Made by a program: the position numbers and the translations under genes. The notes beneath the pieces are model-generated. The model did not search any database, was not told where the DNA came from, and worked only from the letters and a program-made list of their open reading frames with translations. From Macrostomum lignano (taxonomy: Eukaryota): a stretch of DNA of 64,000 bases. Numbering within the stretch: position 1 is the stretch's first letter; every line of letters begins with the position of its first letter. The stretch lies in the NCBI GenBank assembly GCA_002269645.1, contig NIVC01001541.1:62001-126000 (forward strand), read 5' to 3'. This document shows positions 36,929-48,749 of this stretch, one piece after another.

Positions 36929-39900
36929 CTAGCCGCCGCCCTGCAAGAGCAGCGCGACCTCCAGCACCACGGCGAGCTGCCTGGCGGCGTCGGGTCCCAC
37001 CAGCTCGGCCAGCTGGCCCAGCAGGTCCAGCGCGGCGGCCGTGGACCTGCCGAACGCGCCGTCCGGCAAATCCCTCACGGTGACGAATTTGGGCTGGACG
37101 AGGCCGCCGGACGGGCCGGGAAGCCGCACTTTCAGGGCGTCCCTGGCGGCAGCGGCCGAGGAAGCCTCCAGGGCGGCGGCCGCGGCCGGGTCAGCGGCGG
37201 GCGGGGCGAAGCGGGCGTACTTGCTGCCAGCATTTGCCAGGAGCAGGGCTCGGCAGACCGTGTCGAAGTCGAACCAGCGCCGGGTCTCCGGGCACAGCAG
37301 CTGGAAGGGCCTGAGGCCGCTCTTGTAGGCCAGCTTGCGGTTGCCGGGCACATAGCAACCGAGGTACAGGTAGCGCATAGGCGGGCCCTGGGGGAAGCTG
37401 AGCTGCCAGGTGCTCAGGCGGGACAGCAGGTGCAGCGCGCTGAAGCTGCCGGGCGACAGGCGCAGCAGCTCCGGGTTGTAGAAGAAGTACATGGAGGAGG
37501 CCGAGTCCGCCAGCACGTCCACAATGTCCACGCCAAGCAGGCGGTCGCCCAGCCAGTACTGCACGTGGTACGTGCCGCGGCCTGTGGCGCGCTCGGCAGC
37601 CAGACAGGTGCTCACCTGGCGGGGGGTCCGCGATGCGCAGATAAGCGGAAGAAATTAAGCTGAGGGCAAAGTTCATCCCAGATGCACAGCCAATTCAAAA
37701 TCTCCCCCAGATGCACAGCCAAATCAAAATCTCACCCCAGATGCACAGCCAAATCAAAATCTCACCCCAGATGCATAAGCCAATTCAAAATCTCACCCCA
37801 GATGCACAGCCAATTCAAAATCTCACCCCAGATGCATAAGCCAATTCAAAATCTCACCCCAGATGCATAAGCCAATTCAAAATCTCACCCCAGATGCACA
37901 GCCAATTCAAAATCTCACCCCAGATGCATAAGCCAATTCAAAATCTCACCCCAGATGCACAGCCAATTCAAAATCTCACCCCAGATGCACAGCCAATTCA
38001 AAATCTCACCCCAGATGCATAAGCCAATTCAAAATCTCACCCCAGATGCATAAGCCAATTCAAAATCTCACCCCAGATTTATAGGCCAATTCAAAATCTC
38101 ACCCCAGATGCATAAGCCAATTCAAAATCTCACCCCAGATGCACAGCCAATTCAAAATCTCACCCCAGATGCACAGCCAATTCAAAATCTCACCCCAGAT
38201 GCACAGCCAATTCAAAATCTCACCCCAGATGCATAAGCCAATTCAAAATCTCACCCCAGATGCATAAGCCAATTCAAAATCTCACCCCAGATGCATAAGC
38301 CAATTCAAAATCTCACCCCAGATGCACAGCCAATTCAAAATCTCACCCCAGATGCACAGCCAATTCAAAATCTCACCCCAGATGCATAAGCCAATTCAAA
38401 ATCTCACCCCAGATGCACAGCCAATTCAAAATCTCACCCCAGATGCACAGCCAATTCAAAATCTCACCCCAGATGCATAAGCCAATTCAAAATCTCACCC
38501 CAGATGCATAAGCCAATTCAAAATCTCACCCCAGATTTATAGGCCAATTCAAAATCTCACCCCAGATGCATAAGCCAATTCAAAATCTCACCCCAGATGC
38601 ACAGCCAATTCAAAATCTCACCCCAGATGCACAGCCAATTCAAAATCTCACCCCAGATGCACAGCCAATTCAAAATCTCACCCCAGATGCATAAGCCAAT
38701 TCAAAATCTCACCCCAGATGCATAAGCCAATTCAAAATCTCACCCCAGATGCATAAGCCAATTCAAAATCTCACCCCAGATGCACAGCCAATTCAAAATC
38801 TCACCCCAGATGCACAGCCAATTCAAAATCTCACCCAGATGCACAGCCAAATCAAAATCTTACCTCAGATGGACAGTTAATTCAAAATCTCAACAAAAAG
38901 AGGCAATAAAAATGTCACTCTCCAACAAGCGACTCAAAATCTTATCTTAAATGGACGACAGTAAGAAATTTCACTCCAAAGCTGTCAAAAGCGATTGCGA
39001 TCCGATTATCTCAAAACCAATTCTAAACTGATAGTTCAAAAGCAGAAGATAAAAAGTACATCATGCGCATCATCAGACCTAAAGCTCACCATGACATCGC
39101 AGAAGTGCCGGAAGCTCCAGTCGAAGTCCACATCGCGGTGGACGGACTGCTGGTAGGTGAGGTAGCAGGCGTACTCGTCGTGCAGCGAGTCCCGCAGCTC
39201 GCGCGAGTCAGGGCTCAGCCAGCGCACCTGGAAGCGGCCGGGGTCCAGCCTGGCGAAGGCCCGCGCGTAGTCGGCCAGCGAGTGCGCCGAATTTCGTTGC
39301 CGACGACGAAGCCGACGGGCGGCGGACTCGGCGAGCAGGCGGCTCAGCTCGGCGTCGGGCGACTCGGCGATGGCGGCTCGCTGACGCAGCCGGTCCAGCC
39401 GGCGCCGCCAACGAAGATGCCGCGCCTTGCGGCTGTCCGGCGGGCCCGCGGCGGCCAGGGACAGCTCCGCCTCTGCCAAGGCCTCGGCGTCCTTGAGCGC
39501 GGGTGACAGGAATGGAAACTGAGATGGCCCACCGCATCCGGGTCTGAGTCACTGAACTCAACAGCATCCGGGTCTGAGTCACTGAACCCAACAGCATCCG
39601 GGTCTGAGTCACTGAACCCAACAGCATCCGGGTCTGAGTCACTGAACTCAACAGCATCCGGGTCTGAGTCACTGAACCCAACAGCATCCGGGTCTGAGTC
39701 ACTGAACTCAACAGCATCCGGGTCTGAGTCACTGAACCCAACTACCGCATCCGGGTCTGAGTCACTGAACCCAACAGCATTCGGGTCTGAGTCACTGAAC
39801 CTACCAGCATTCGGGTCTGAGTCACTGAACCCAACTACCGCATCCGGGTCTGAGTCACTGAACTCAACAGCATCCGGGTCTGAGTCACTGAACCCAACAG

Positions 39901-40421
39901 CATTCGGGTCTGAGTCACTGAACCCAACTACCGCATCCGGGTGAGTCTACTTATGACTACTTAGACTACAGTATAAGTGGATTTGCCGCAGTGCTCAAGG
40001 CCCCATGCAAGCTACAACTGCAACCAAACCCATGCCAGGCACCCACCAGTTCCGCTGCGCTCAGCTTGTCCGGCTTGGGCCCGCAGCGGCCGCTAACAAA
40101 CCGCAGCACGCGCCGCAATGTCCGCCGCTGGGAGGCGGTCAGCTGGAACCGAGTCACATCGGTGCGCGAGGCGTACTGCGGACAGCAGGTGGCTGGCATG
40201 CTGCACACGGAGAAGGCGGTCCCCAGCCGCTGCCAGCCGTGGTTCATGAGCTCCTGGTACAGCCCGACAGGCACCGAGTAGCCCACCATCCAGGCGGTGA
40301 CGGCCGTCTCATCGTTGCAGTAGCCACAACGGCTGGACCGGAATGACTGGTACAGAACTCTGGTGCGCTCGGCCTGCGGGCCCCGGCAGCACACAGGGTT
40401 TGCTTGTGCTCCATCCAGCAT
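36929..40421 (-). CDS. ATE1: Arginyl-tRNA--protein transferase (ATE1-like)
   Basis: Exons 40421-40047, 39518-39090, 37615-36929; phase-0 introns; 496 aa. CGYC, GWQRLG, TCCPQY, YQQSVHRD, GTYHVQYWLGDRLLGVDIVDVL..SASSMYFFYNP, YLYLGCYV..NRKLAYK and LLCPET. Confidence 0.9.
37672..38890. repeat. 30/31-bp minisatellite in ATE1 intron 2
   Basis: GATGCACAGCCAATTCAAAATCTCACCCCA units. Confidence 0.95.
39533..39945. repeat. 30-bp minisatellite in ATE1 intron 1
   Basis: CAGCATCCGGGTCTGAGTCACTGAACCCAA units. Confidence 0.95.
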
Positions 40422-42234
40422 TAGCTACAGCTAGTGACTACAGAATGCTATAGCAACTATGGCAGCTACAGATATGCCTATGGAAATATTAGAATTCTGC
40501 TGTACCAAAAGTGTATCCATATTCATATCTAACTAATTGATAACCTCCTGTAACTTTTGATAATGTTCAATCTAATGGCAACAGTTTCTCCATAATTCAC
40601 TAAATTATAGTGATAAATGCAACAACTACCTACCACTTATTAACTACGTCTCATTTATTTATAGTACAAAAATGACTGGGACTGAATCCATCTTAACTTA
40701 AAGCCCTACCTACCATTCCAACCACACAACATGCACATTGCTTCTAAAAACTATTTGTAGAGCATCCAGTGGAGCTGGAGCTCCAAGAAGTAATGATAAT
40801 AAATCATAGAAAGGTTAGGTTATGAGTACTCCGCCACAATGCAAATGGTGAGATGAGGTGAGATGAGAGTGAGATCTACTTAGTCTCAGCATAGTAAATT
40901 AGCTTAAGCTAGTTGGGACTTTGTGACCTTAGAAACATTAAGCAATCCTTATCAATCTAAATTAAGAAGATTTGTTCAGATCTAAAAGCCTTTTTTTGCA
41001 TATTACCATAGTAGTGGTGGTGACCTACTATTATGAGGGGTGTTTCAAAAGTAATAAAAGTTTTGAATGAACTTTTGAATGAAGTAACTTATGAATTGTA
41101 ATTTTTTACTTAACAGTTTATACAAATAGGCAACTAACAACTTTATTTTAAGCTTTATCTTATATCAAAAGCTGAATGGACTAGCTGGTCAAGTTTAATA
41201 TATATCTTCTCCTAGATGGTTGCCATAGTATATAATATCTATTTTGGCATAAATTTGGCAGGAAAATAATTTAGATTTGTATATTAGGCCTTTTGGTTCT
41301 CCCTTCTGATATGCCCTAAGTTGTTGCAGGGTTTAACTTCTTTCTCTTAAAATCCCAACTGCTGATGCCAAGGATTGTACTTGTGCCTATTTCTCTCTCC
41401 ATAAATACTGTGCTAAATTCTATTAGTCTTGACTTCTAATTTCTAATCCCAGTATCATTCTGGTAGCATTCTTGATAATATTTTGGTAGCATTCTTAGTA
41501 ATGTTCTAGTGGCATTCTTAGTAGTGTTCTGGTAGCATTTTATACTATATGTGGCCTAAGCAGTTTTACTGGTAGCTACATATTTTATTCTCCAGTTTAG
41601 GCGTTACTAATATTAGAGTGTCACAGTGCTTACTCTTAATACTTTCTTTGCATAAGTTCCCAGATTCTGACAAACTTCTTTACAATACTCTTAGAACTTC
41701 TAGGAAATAGCAATGATCTAAAAATGAGTTATCTTTTTATCCCTCTAACTTCTTTCCTATTTATACTAGTTAATTGAGAATATTTAAAACAAATTTTACA
41801 AATTGTAAATATTTTATATTTTTTAACAAAAACTATTAATTTTTGCACTAGTTTAAGAAACAACATTTCCTAGAAATAAGGTACCATTACTACATTTGTA
41901 TAAATTAAAATATAAATTAAAGTTCATAATCACAATCATACTTGACAAAAAATGTCACAAAACTTTATGCTTGGCCTAAATTTTCTACTTATCCAACTTT
42001 TAAATCAAGCCTGAAGCCTAAAGCTTAAAGTCAAGCAGGAGAAAAAGCCAAAAGATTGCTCTTTAGGCCCTTATATTTAGTATCTATTTAAAAGTTTATA
42101 ATAAATTCAATTGAAAATTTTGTTTTGCTTTTTATTTTGTTAGCCTAGGTCTCATTTTTAGGAATTTAATATAGCCTATGCATATAGATTATAAAACAAA
42201 GTCACATATTAAGCCTAGTCAAAACTAATTTGCA

Positions 42235-43205
42235 GCATTCTTTCGTTTTACAATCCCCATTCCTAGGCACTTTCATTATATGATCCCCATGTAAAAGACA
42301 CAGTGAAAGAATATAGACACCAAAGGACTAGAAACGTATCTATCAAAGAGTCAAAGTCACTGCACTAAGGCAGTTTCAAAAGCTGTCTATTTTGAAAGCA
42401 ATCAAACAAAGCCTAGACAAGAGTCTTTGCAAGAGTAGTATAAGAGCCTCCCTATATTCACTTTTGTTATATGATCATTTAAATAGAGGAAGTGTATGGA
42501 AAGGGATTGGATAACAAAACTTTGGCTTTTTATCAATTTTTTAATATCCCTCAAGTTGGAAATTTGTTTGCAGGGGATTGTATATCAAAAGTGAAATTTA
42601 GGTATTGTAGGCTACTAATTGTATATGAAATAAAGATAGTTCATATGACTTGTTTGATGCCCGGCTGACACCTCCCTTTACTTTCGTTTTACAATCCCCT
42701 TACAGTACTGAGAGCATTGTTTCATGCTATTGGGGATTGTATAACGAAAGTGAAGGGGGGCAAAAATAGATGTATGGAATGACCCAGGAGACTTCTTTTT
42801 ATTGGCCATTGCTGAAATTTTTACAAGGTGTTTTTTCACATGTTAGGTACATGATCCCCTCCAAACAAATTTTTGCCTTGAGGGATCGTATTACAAAATT
42901 GATGAAAAGCCCAAGTTTCATTATCCGATCCCTTTCCATACTTTTCTTCCATTTAAATGATTGTATAACAAAAGTGAATATAGGGATGTTCCTACTATTG
43001 CCAAGAAGATTCATGGCTTACGATTAATTAGGGTAATTGTTGCAGCACCAATTCAAACTTGAGAAACATATCGCAAAACTAACTGGAATATATTCCACTG
43101 ATATGTAAGCAAGATTCCTATCCTTTACATAGGGGATCATATAACAAAAGTGCCATGTTCTAGACTATAGGACAAATGTAAGGGGATTGTAAAATGAAAG
43201 AATGC
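42235..43205. mobile_element. Non-autonomous DNA transposon, probably Mutator-like
   Basis: 24-bp TIR GCATTCTTTC(G/A)TTTTACAATCCCC with 1 mismatch (42235-58, 43182-205); 9-bp flanking duplication TAATTTGCA/CAATTTGCA; more than 10 internal GGGGAT(T/C)GTATAAC(G/A)AAAG-like motifs in both orientations. Confidence 0.6.
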
Positions 43206-44782
43206 CAATTTGCATTGTGTTTGTGGATATAATTTTAGATATGGCATAAAAGACTATTTAGTTTGTCTACTTTAAAATTGTTCAATTTAAATCCAAGTTG
43301 TAAGCACTTTTATTAAAATAAAAATTAATAAGTCCAAGCCTAAGCTGTAAGTTTTTGTTTTACTTTTTTTCATGATGCCCAAAAAGTTAAACATCTCAAC
43401 CATATTATTTTTTGACAACAATAAACTATTAAATTGACATCAATTGACAGGACATACCATACCATTATAATATTCTATATAGGCCCCTATTACTGAAGAT
43501 TAGAGTTTATATATAGATTTTACGAATTTCAGATTCATGAGATTCAAATCAAAGGTAGCTATTGTAAGTTATATTATGTCTTATGCCAAGTTATGGCTTA
43601 GTACAAGTTAGTAGGCCTAGGCCTACTACTATTATAATTTTTTATTAAATATGGCAATTCCTATTTCTATGGCTCCTATAGAAATAATGAAAACATGGCA
43701 CTATGTGAAAAATACCCATTTATGTATTTCCTTATAACAATATTTTTGCAATAGTTTTTATAGGAAATACGATATACTTTCTAAGAAATATTTTGCGCTA
43801 CTTACTTTGAATGAGTGCGTGAACGAAGCACAAACTTAAAGAAATGTGATAGGAAGCGAAACTGAACTATGCTTATTAAATTACCAATAAACAATAAATA
43901 CTGCGAATTGTATAAAATTATAGCAACAGAATTAATAATGTGGTTTATTTATGATGTAAAGGATCCAATTGGCAAATCCTGTTCCTATGGTACCCTGCAT
44001 GGTAGATTTCAACAACCGATGTCCAGTTTCGCGCAACGAACATCCATTAAAGCTCCAGGATAGGTTTAGTCATAAAAAGCATGCCTAGGTGCCATGACAC
44101 ATGTTTTAATGGCACGCTCCTGTACTGTTAGTACCTGTAACAATTATACACGTACATAAGCAATTGCAACTAGCAAAAAGAGGAATCAAACCCGGGAGTG
44201 GACGCTGCTAGGGCCGATTTCTGTTAGATTTTTATCATTTCGTCTGCCAAATTCTACGCTCCACCCATTATCTGAACTGAACCGAACTTCTAGATCTACT
44301 ATCACTATTGGCGCTCGCATAGCAATTACATTTTTGCAAGCTTTCACGCCACATTCTATACTTTCTACTTATATATCAGTAGACGAACTCTGACAACGAA
44401 CATTAAAAAAATACAAATACATGTATAGTCAAATCATTTGCTCATCCTGAAGATTCTGCACAAGGGTTCTGTTGAAGCCAACAATAAGAAAACTGTTGAG
44501 GCCGTAACGTCGCAGTGTGGTATAGTATATACCTACTGCCTAGGAGCAGAGAGGGGTGCGTATGCAATTGGCGTACATGTATTTAAGACTCGTTCACAGT
44601 CACACAACCACCAAACCAGACCAAATTTCAAAAGTGATCAACACGGGCTTGTACACTTTAAAATCAGTTACTCGTATTTCAAAGCTTCAATTTTACGACG
44701 TCGCAAAATTTTAACGTACATTCTGTATTTTATACTTGCAGTACATATGAAGTAAAAATTAAGGCGACCTAAAGGCCCAATC

Positions 44783-47700
44783 CAGGGAATCCTAAAGACC
44801 TGGAAGTGACACTGTCCAATGGGGGCGGTCCAACTCAGGCCGATCCTACCTAACCAAACAAGGCAGCCCATGCCATTTTCTATAGGGTTTTCAGTATCAA
44901 CTCGATGATACAGCGCTGAAAAGTCATATCCCCTGAATTTTTTAAAGTCCTTATTGTAACGAAATAAACGAAAGTTTCATGAGGCCTTTTATAAGAAACA
45001 ATTATGCATAAAACTGGTAAACCATAGGCTATATAAACATAAAAAGGGTTTTAATCAAACTTACCAGGGTTGAAGGATCATCGGACATCAGAAAGGCAGT
45101 AATTATGCATCAGGATAAACTGGGAGCTTACTCGTAAATAAAATAATTAGCAGTAACTCGGAATCGTCAAAACAATGAAGCTTATAAAAATATACTATTA
45201 CGAGTACTAAGGATTCAATTTGGCCAGTTTGCGAGAGCAGTCCTCAGTTCTCTTCTGTTCTCCCGATTTCCGTTTGCCTACAACGGATGGGCGGTTAGCT
45301 TCAGAAGAAAGGTTTTTCAGAAAACAGTTTAGGAGTCGGAAAGAAAACTGCCGAATGACTTGTCTAAGTGAATGATTTGAGCAGCGGAAGCGACGAGCCG
45401 AAAATTTTGCACAGTTTTGAGTTTTTACTATCACGACTGATGCGAATGTTTGATGCGGTTTAAAGCTAAGAAGCTTCTGCAGCAGCTGCTTGGAGCCCTT
45501 GATGAGCTCAAACGAATTGAACGCTGTCATGCAGAGAACGAAAGCAGAATCCGATGGACAGCACAGTCCTCCCCGTGATGACTGTCGAACTAGGAAATCA
45601 CGATTAGGAGCATCGTCGAGAGTCACTTCCATTGGAGGGACCTTGTCTTCGCTCACCAAAAATTCTCTACAATCAGCACATCCCTTGCTGATGGACTTTG
45701 AAAGGTAACCTGCTATGTAGAACATCACGTTCAAACAGCCCATCTCGTTACTGCGCAAGGTCATGCATGGCTCATCTGACACATCAGCGAAGATTTCTGC
45801 TGCTCTTAGACTAACGTCAGTGTCTTCCTGCTCAACATCCTTCATGAAAGACTTCTTTAAGCGTAGCAAGTCTATTTCCGAGTGCTTAAGCAATGAAGTC
45901 ATTCTAAGTTTATTCTCGGACTGAACGACCTGCTTTGCACTGATAAAATACAATCCGCCGGACATCTGCCTGTACTTTCCGAACTGCCTTTCAAGAGGAT
46001 CGGACAACAACTTTCCCAGCAGAATGTAGTCAAAGTGGCCAGTAGAAAAAAGTTTCGCACACAATAGTGGAATGGCTGAGCATGTTTGAATGAGGCTGCC
46101 AAATGTCTCGTTTGTCAGACCATCTGCGCCTGTTGATACCGCTCGCCACTTCTTTAGGAAGCCAACAAAGTCAGCAAGGTACTGGAGCTGCCAGTCTTGC
46201 ATATTAGTTAGCGGCTCACTTTCCGGTCTTCTTAATTGTTGACCGGCGAATGGCGTTCGAACATTCAATATTGCCCACAGCTTCCTGATCATGGACAAGA
46301 AATTGGCTGTGCTATTGAACGTTGAAGTGTCTACCTCCGTGCTCTTTGTGCTTGAATACAGTCTGAGTGCAGAAACTGTTGTGTCATCGAACACAGCTGC
46401 AGCCAGTGAAGCACTAGTTCTCTCGACATTAAGAGGACGTAAAACCTTCTCCGACAGACGGAAGGCAATCTTTGACGACTGACCTCTTTCAATTTCAAAA
46501 ATAGCCTCAACATCACTGAACCTTGCCACAAAGTTGCTGCAATTGTCGAACGCTGGACAGTGAAATACACCTCGTCTCTGAAAGTTGTTATACACATTTT
46601 TAATGTTGTGAGTAGTGTCCATCAGCAAGAAGATTTCTTTCTGATCGTCACATGGATGTCGCATAGACAGCCCATGTTCAGGTACAGCTGACATTGAGTA
46701 AAACTTTCGGTTGACAGAGGAGTTGTCACAGGACAATGCAACAATTTCAAATCCACTCTTTGTGACAGCCGCAATCACTTCCTTGGCCATGTTGCATAAG
46801 TCCAGAGCGGTCAAGCAGTTAACAGGAAATAGACCGACAACATCCTGATAGGATGCGCCGACGGACTTGATTAGAAAGGCAAGAATTGAGGAGGTCATTT
46901 TACCGTCACTCGCAAGGCCGTAAGCAGAGTCGCAATTGAACTCGATTCTTTTAGCTGTTGCGACCTCATCAATAATGAGCACAACGTGCTTCTCTCTGCT
47001 AGACAGTGACTCTGTCCTCAACTGCAGGTACATTTCCTCAACCACTCCAGGCTCCTTCGAAAGAACAGCATTTAGCCTGACAAGGCTTCTTACAGATGGT
47101 AGGCAGAGGGCACCATTTTCTAGGATTGCCTTATAGGCGGCACGACTTGTCGAAAAGATCAAGTACGCAAACACAGTTGTTGATGGTGAATATCGTCGAG
47201 CAGATACTTTTTGATGAATCAGTGAGAACTGTTCAGCTAAGAAATTGACATTGCTGCTCAGTTCAGAATCATCACTCAAAGATTCGAGGTAGACTTTTAA
47301 AACGCCTTCAACAAATGCAGACGACACATTTGAATTGCGAGAGTCAACAGCAACAGTAGCCGAAGACTTAATCAAGGCTAACATGTTTTCTAAAGTCGAA
47401 AGCTGACGCACATGTAGCGAGTCATCTTTGAGCAGGTGTTTAAACATGCTATCAGAGCAAGAAAGGCCAGAGATGAAGACTTGGAAGGTAAGGTCCTGCA
47501 GTACTGTCATAGAGGCAAGCAGACAAGGAGCTGAAATCGAGTCAGATCTTGTTATCAAGTAAAACGAGACTGAATCTGCTTCCTTACTTCTGACGAATCC
47601 AGAGGGAATCGTCGCTTGTTCCAGCTTTTGAATCAAATCGCTGAAATCGCACAACTCGTCGGAGCCAAAAAAGTCGCTGATTTCCTCATCTAAGCGGACT

Positions 47701-48478
47701 TGGTCTCCCATGAAGCGCGCAGCGGAAGTGGCATTTTGACTTCTTACCTGCGTAATTGGCTTGCTCAGGTATTTCGGCAAGCCTTCAAATTGAGATGGAA
47801 CTGCATCGTCTTTGAGTCGAATCAGATGCAGCTTTGAATCAGATGCAGAAAAGCGTCGTTTCTTCCGGCGTTGATTCGCATCCGATGAACTCTTCACGAA
47901 ATCTGATTCAGTGAAATGCTTCGAGCAGACGCGTTGAAATTCGGAAGCATTTAAATCAGCATTTGGAATGGCGCGAAGCCAGCGCTGTCGCAAGTTGGTG
48001 TCTTTAGGAAAAGCATAATAGCTCACATTTTCTGTCTTCTGCGACGCGTAGCCAGATTTGCAGCCAAATACACAGCACTTGTAACCCATTATGATGCTTG
48101 CAAATGAGAGGATATTCAGTTTGATTATGAACACACGAAAGCTTACTTAAATGCAGCTCGATAGGGGCATAAGAGTTATGTGTGCATTCAACAGTGCGTC
48201 ATCATGTTTAGAATTCGTACACTCATGTACAATGCGCTCCTTTCATATTGAATCAGTCTTTATTTGGACAGTGATTTTCTCTGCACTCTCTATCCTCTCA
48301 GTCCACTCAACCCCTTCTCTATCCTTCGTTCCTCCCTTTTTCGAGTCGCTTTACTAGCCCCTGCAAGAAAATGTTTTTCCTCTTTGTCCTCTCTCCCAAA
48401 AAAGTTATCGGCCTGGGTTGGACCGGCCTGGAGGGCCTGAATATTGCAGTGTCACTTCCAGGTCTTTAGGATTCCCTG
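44783..48478 (-). mobile_element. Complete P-superfamily (THAP-type) DNA transposon
   Basis: Perfect 32-bp TIRs CAGGGAATCCTAAAGACCTGGAAGTGACACTG (44783-44814, 48447-48478); 7-bp TSD CCCAATC; 19-bp subterminal inverted repeat (44826-44844, 48407-48425, 1 mismatch). Confidence 0.95.
45207..48089 (-). CDS. P-element/THAP9-like transposase, intronless, 960 aa
   Basis: THAP domain MGYKCCVFGC...FPKD...RW...VCSKHF; RNase H-like catalytic motifs IIDEV, SCDNS, LMDTTH and SDPLERQFG; no stops or frameshifts. Confidence 0.93.
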   Translation of the reverse strand: MGYKCCVFGCKSGYASQKTENVSYYAFPKDTNLRQRWLRAIPNADLNASEFQRVCSKHFTESDFVKSSSDANQRRKKRRFSASDSKLHLIRLKDDAVPSQFEGLPKYLSKPITQVRSQNATSAARFMGDQVRLDEEISDFFGSDELCDFSDLIQKLEQATIPSGFVRSKEADSVSFYLITRSDSISAPCLLASMTVLQDLTFQVFISGLSCSDSMFKHLLKDDSLHVRQLSTLENMLALIKSSATVAVDSRNSNVSSAFVEGVLKVYLESLSDDSELSSNVNFLAEQFSLIHQKVSARRYSPSTTVFAYLIFSTSRAAYKAILENGALCLPSVRSLVRLNAVLSKEPGVVEEMYLQLRTESLSSREKHVVLIIDEVATAKRIEFNCDSAYGLASDGKMTSSILAFLIKSVGASYQDVVGLFPVNCLTALDLCNMAKEVIAAVTKSGFEIVALSCDNSSVNRKFYSMSAVPEHGLSMRHPCDDQKEIFLLMDTTHNIKNVYNNFQRRGVFHCPAFDNCSNFVARFSDVEAIFEIERGQSSKIAFRLSEKVLRPLNVERTSASLAAAVFDDTTVSALRLYSSTKSTEVDTSTFNSTANFLSMIRKLWAILNVRTPFAGQQLRRPESEPLTNMQDWQLQYLADFVGFLKKWRAVSTGADGLTNETFGSLIQTCSAIPLLCAKLFSTGHFDYILLGKLLSDPLERQFGKYRQMSGGLYFISAKQVVQSENKLRMTSLLKHSEIDLLRLKKSFMKDVEQEDTDVSLRAAEIFADVSDEPCMTLRSNEMGCLNVMFYIAGYLSKSISKGCADCREFLVSEDKVPPMEVTLDDAPNRDFLVRQSSRGGLCCPSDSAFVLCMTAFNSFELIKGSKQLLQKLLSFKPHQTFASVVIVKTQNCAKFSARRFRCSNHSLRQVIRQFSFRLLNCFLKNLSSEANRPSVVGKRKSGEQKRTEDCSRKLAKLNP

Positions 48479-48749
48479 CCCAATCTCTTTCCCTCTGGCT
48501 GCGGAGGAAATGCGTTGACGCCCTGCAGTGCCGCTCTGACAGTGAGTCTGGAATACCCCAGCCAGACAAACAAGTGCTTCAATCTGTCCACCCGAGCTTT
48601 ACCTGGATGGCGCCACTACCAGATGGCCTAATTCCCACGGGTCTCAGCTCTGACTTTCTCCCCGTGGTATTCAAATACCCGCCCTCTGGTCTGCATCTGC
48701 AGCTGCAGCGGTAATATCGAAATTCCTGCACTACCAGAGCAGCAGGGAA

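Noticed and set aside
44160-44220. B-box-like GGTTTGATTCC on the minus strand as a tRNA gene
   Set aside because: No A box at proper spacing and no cloverleaf.
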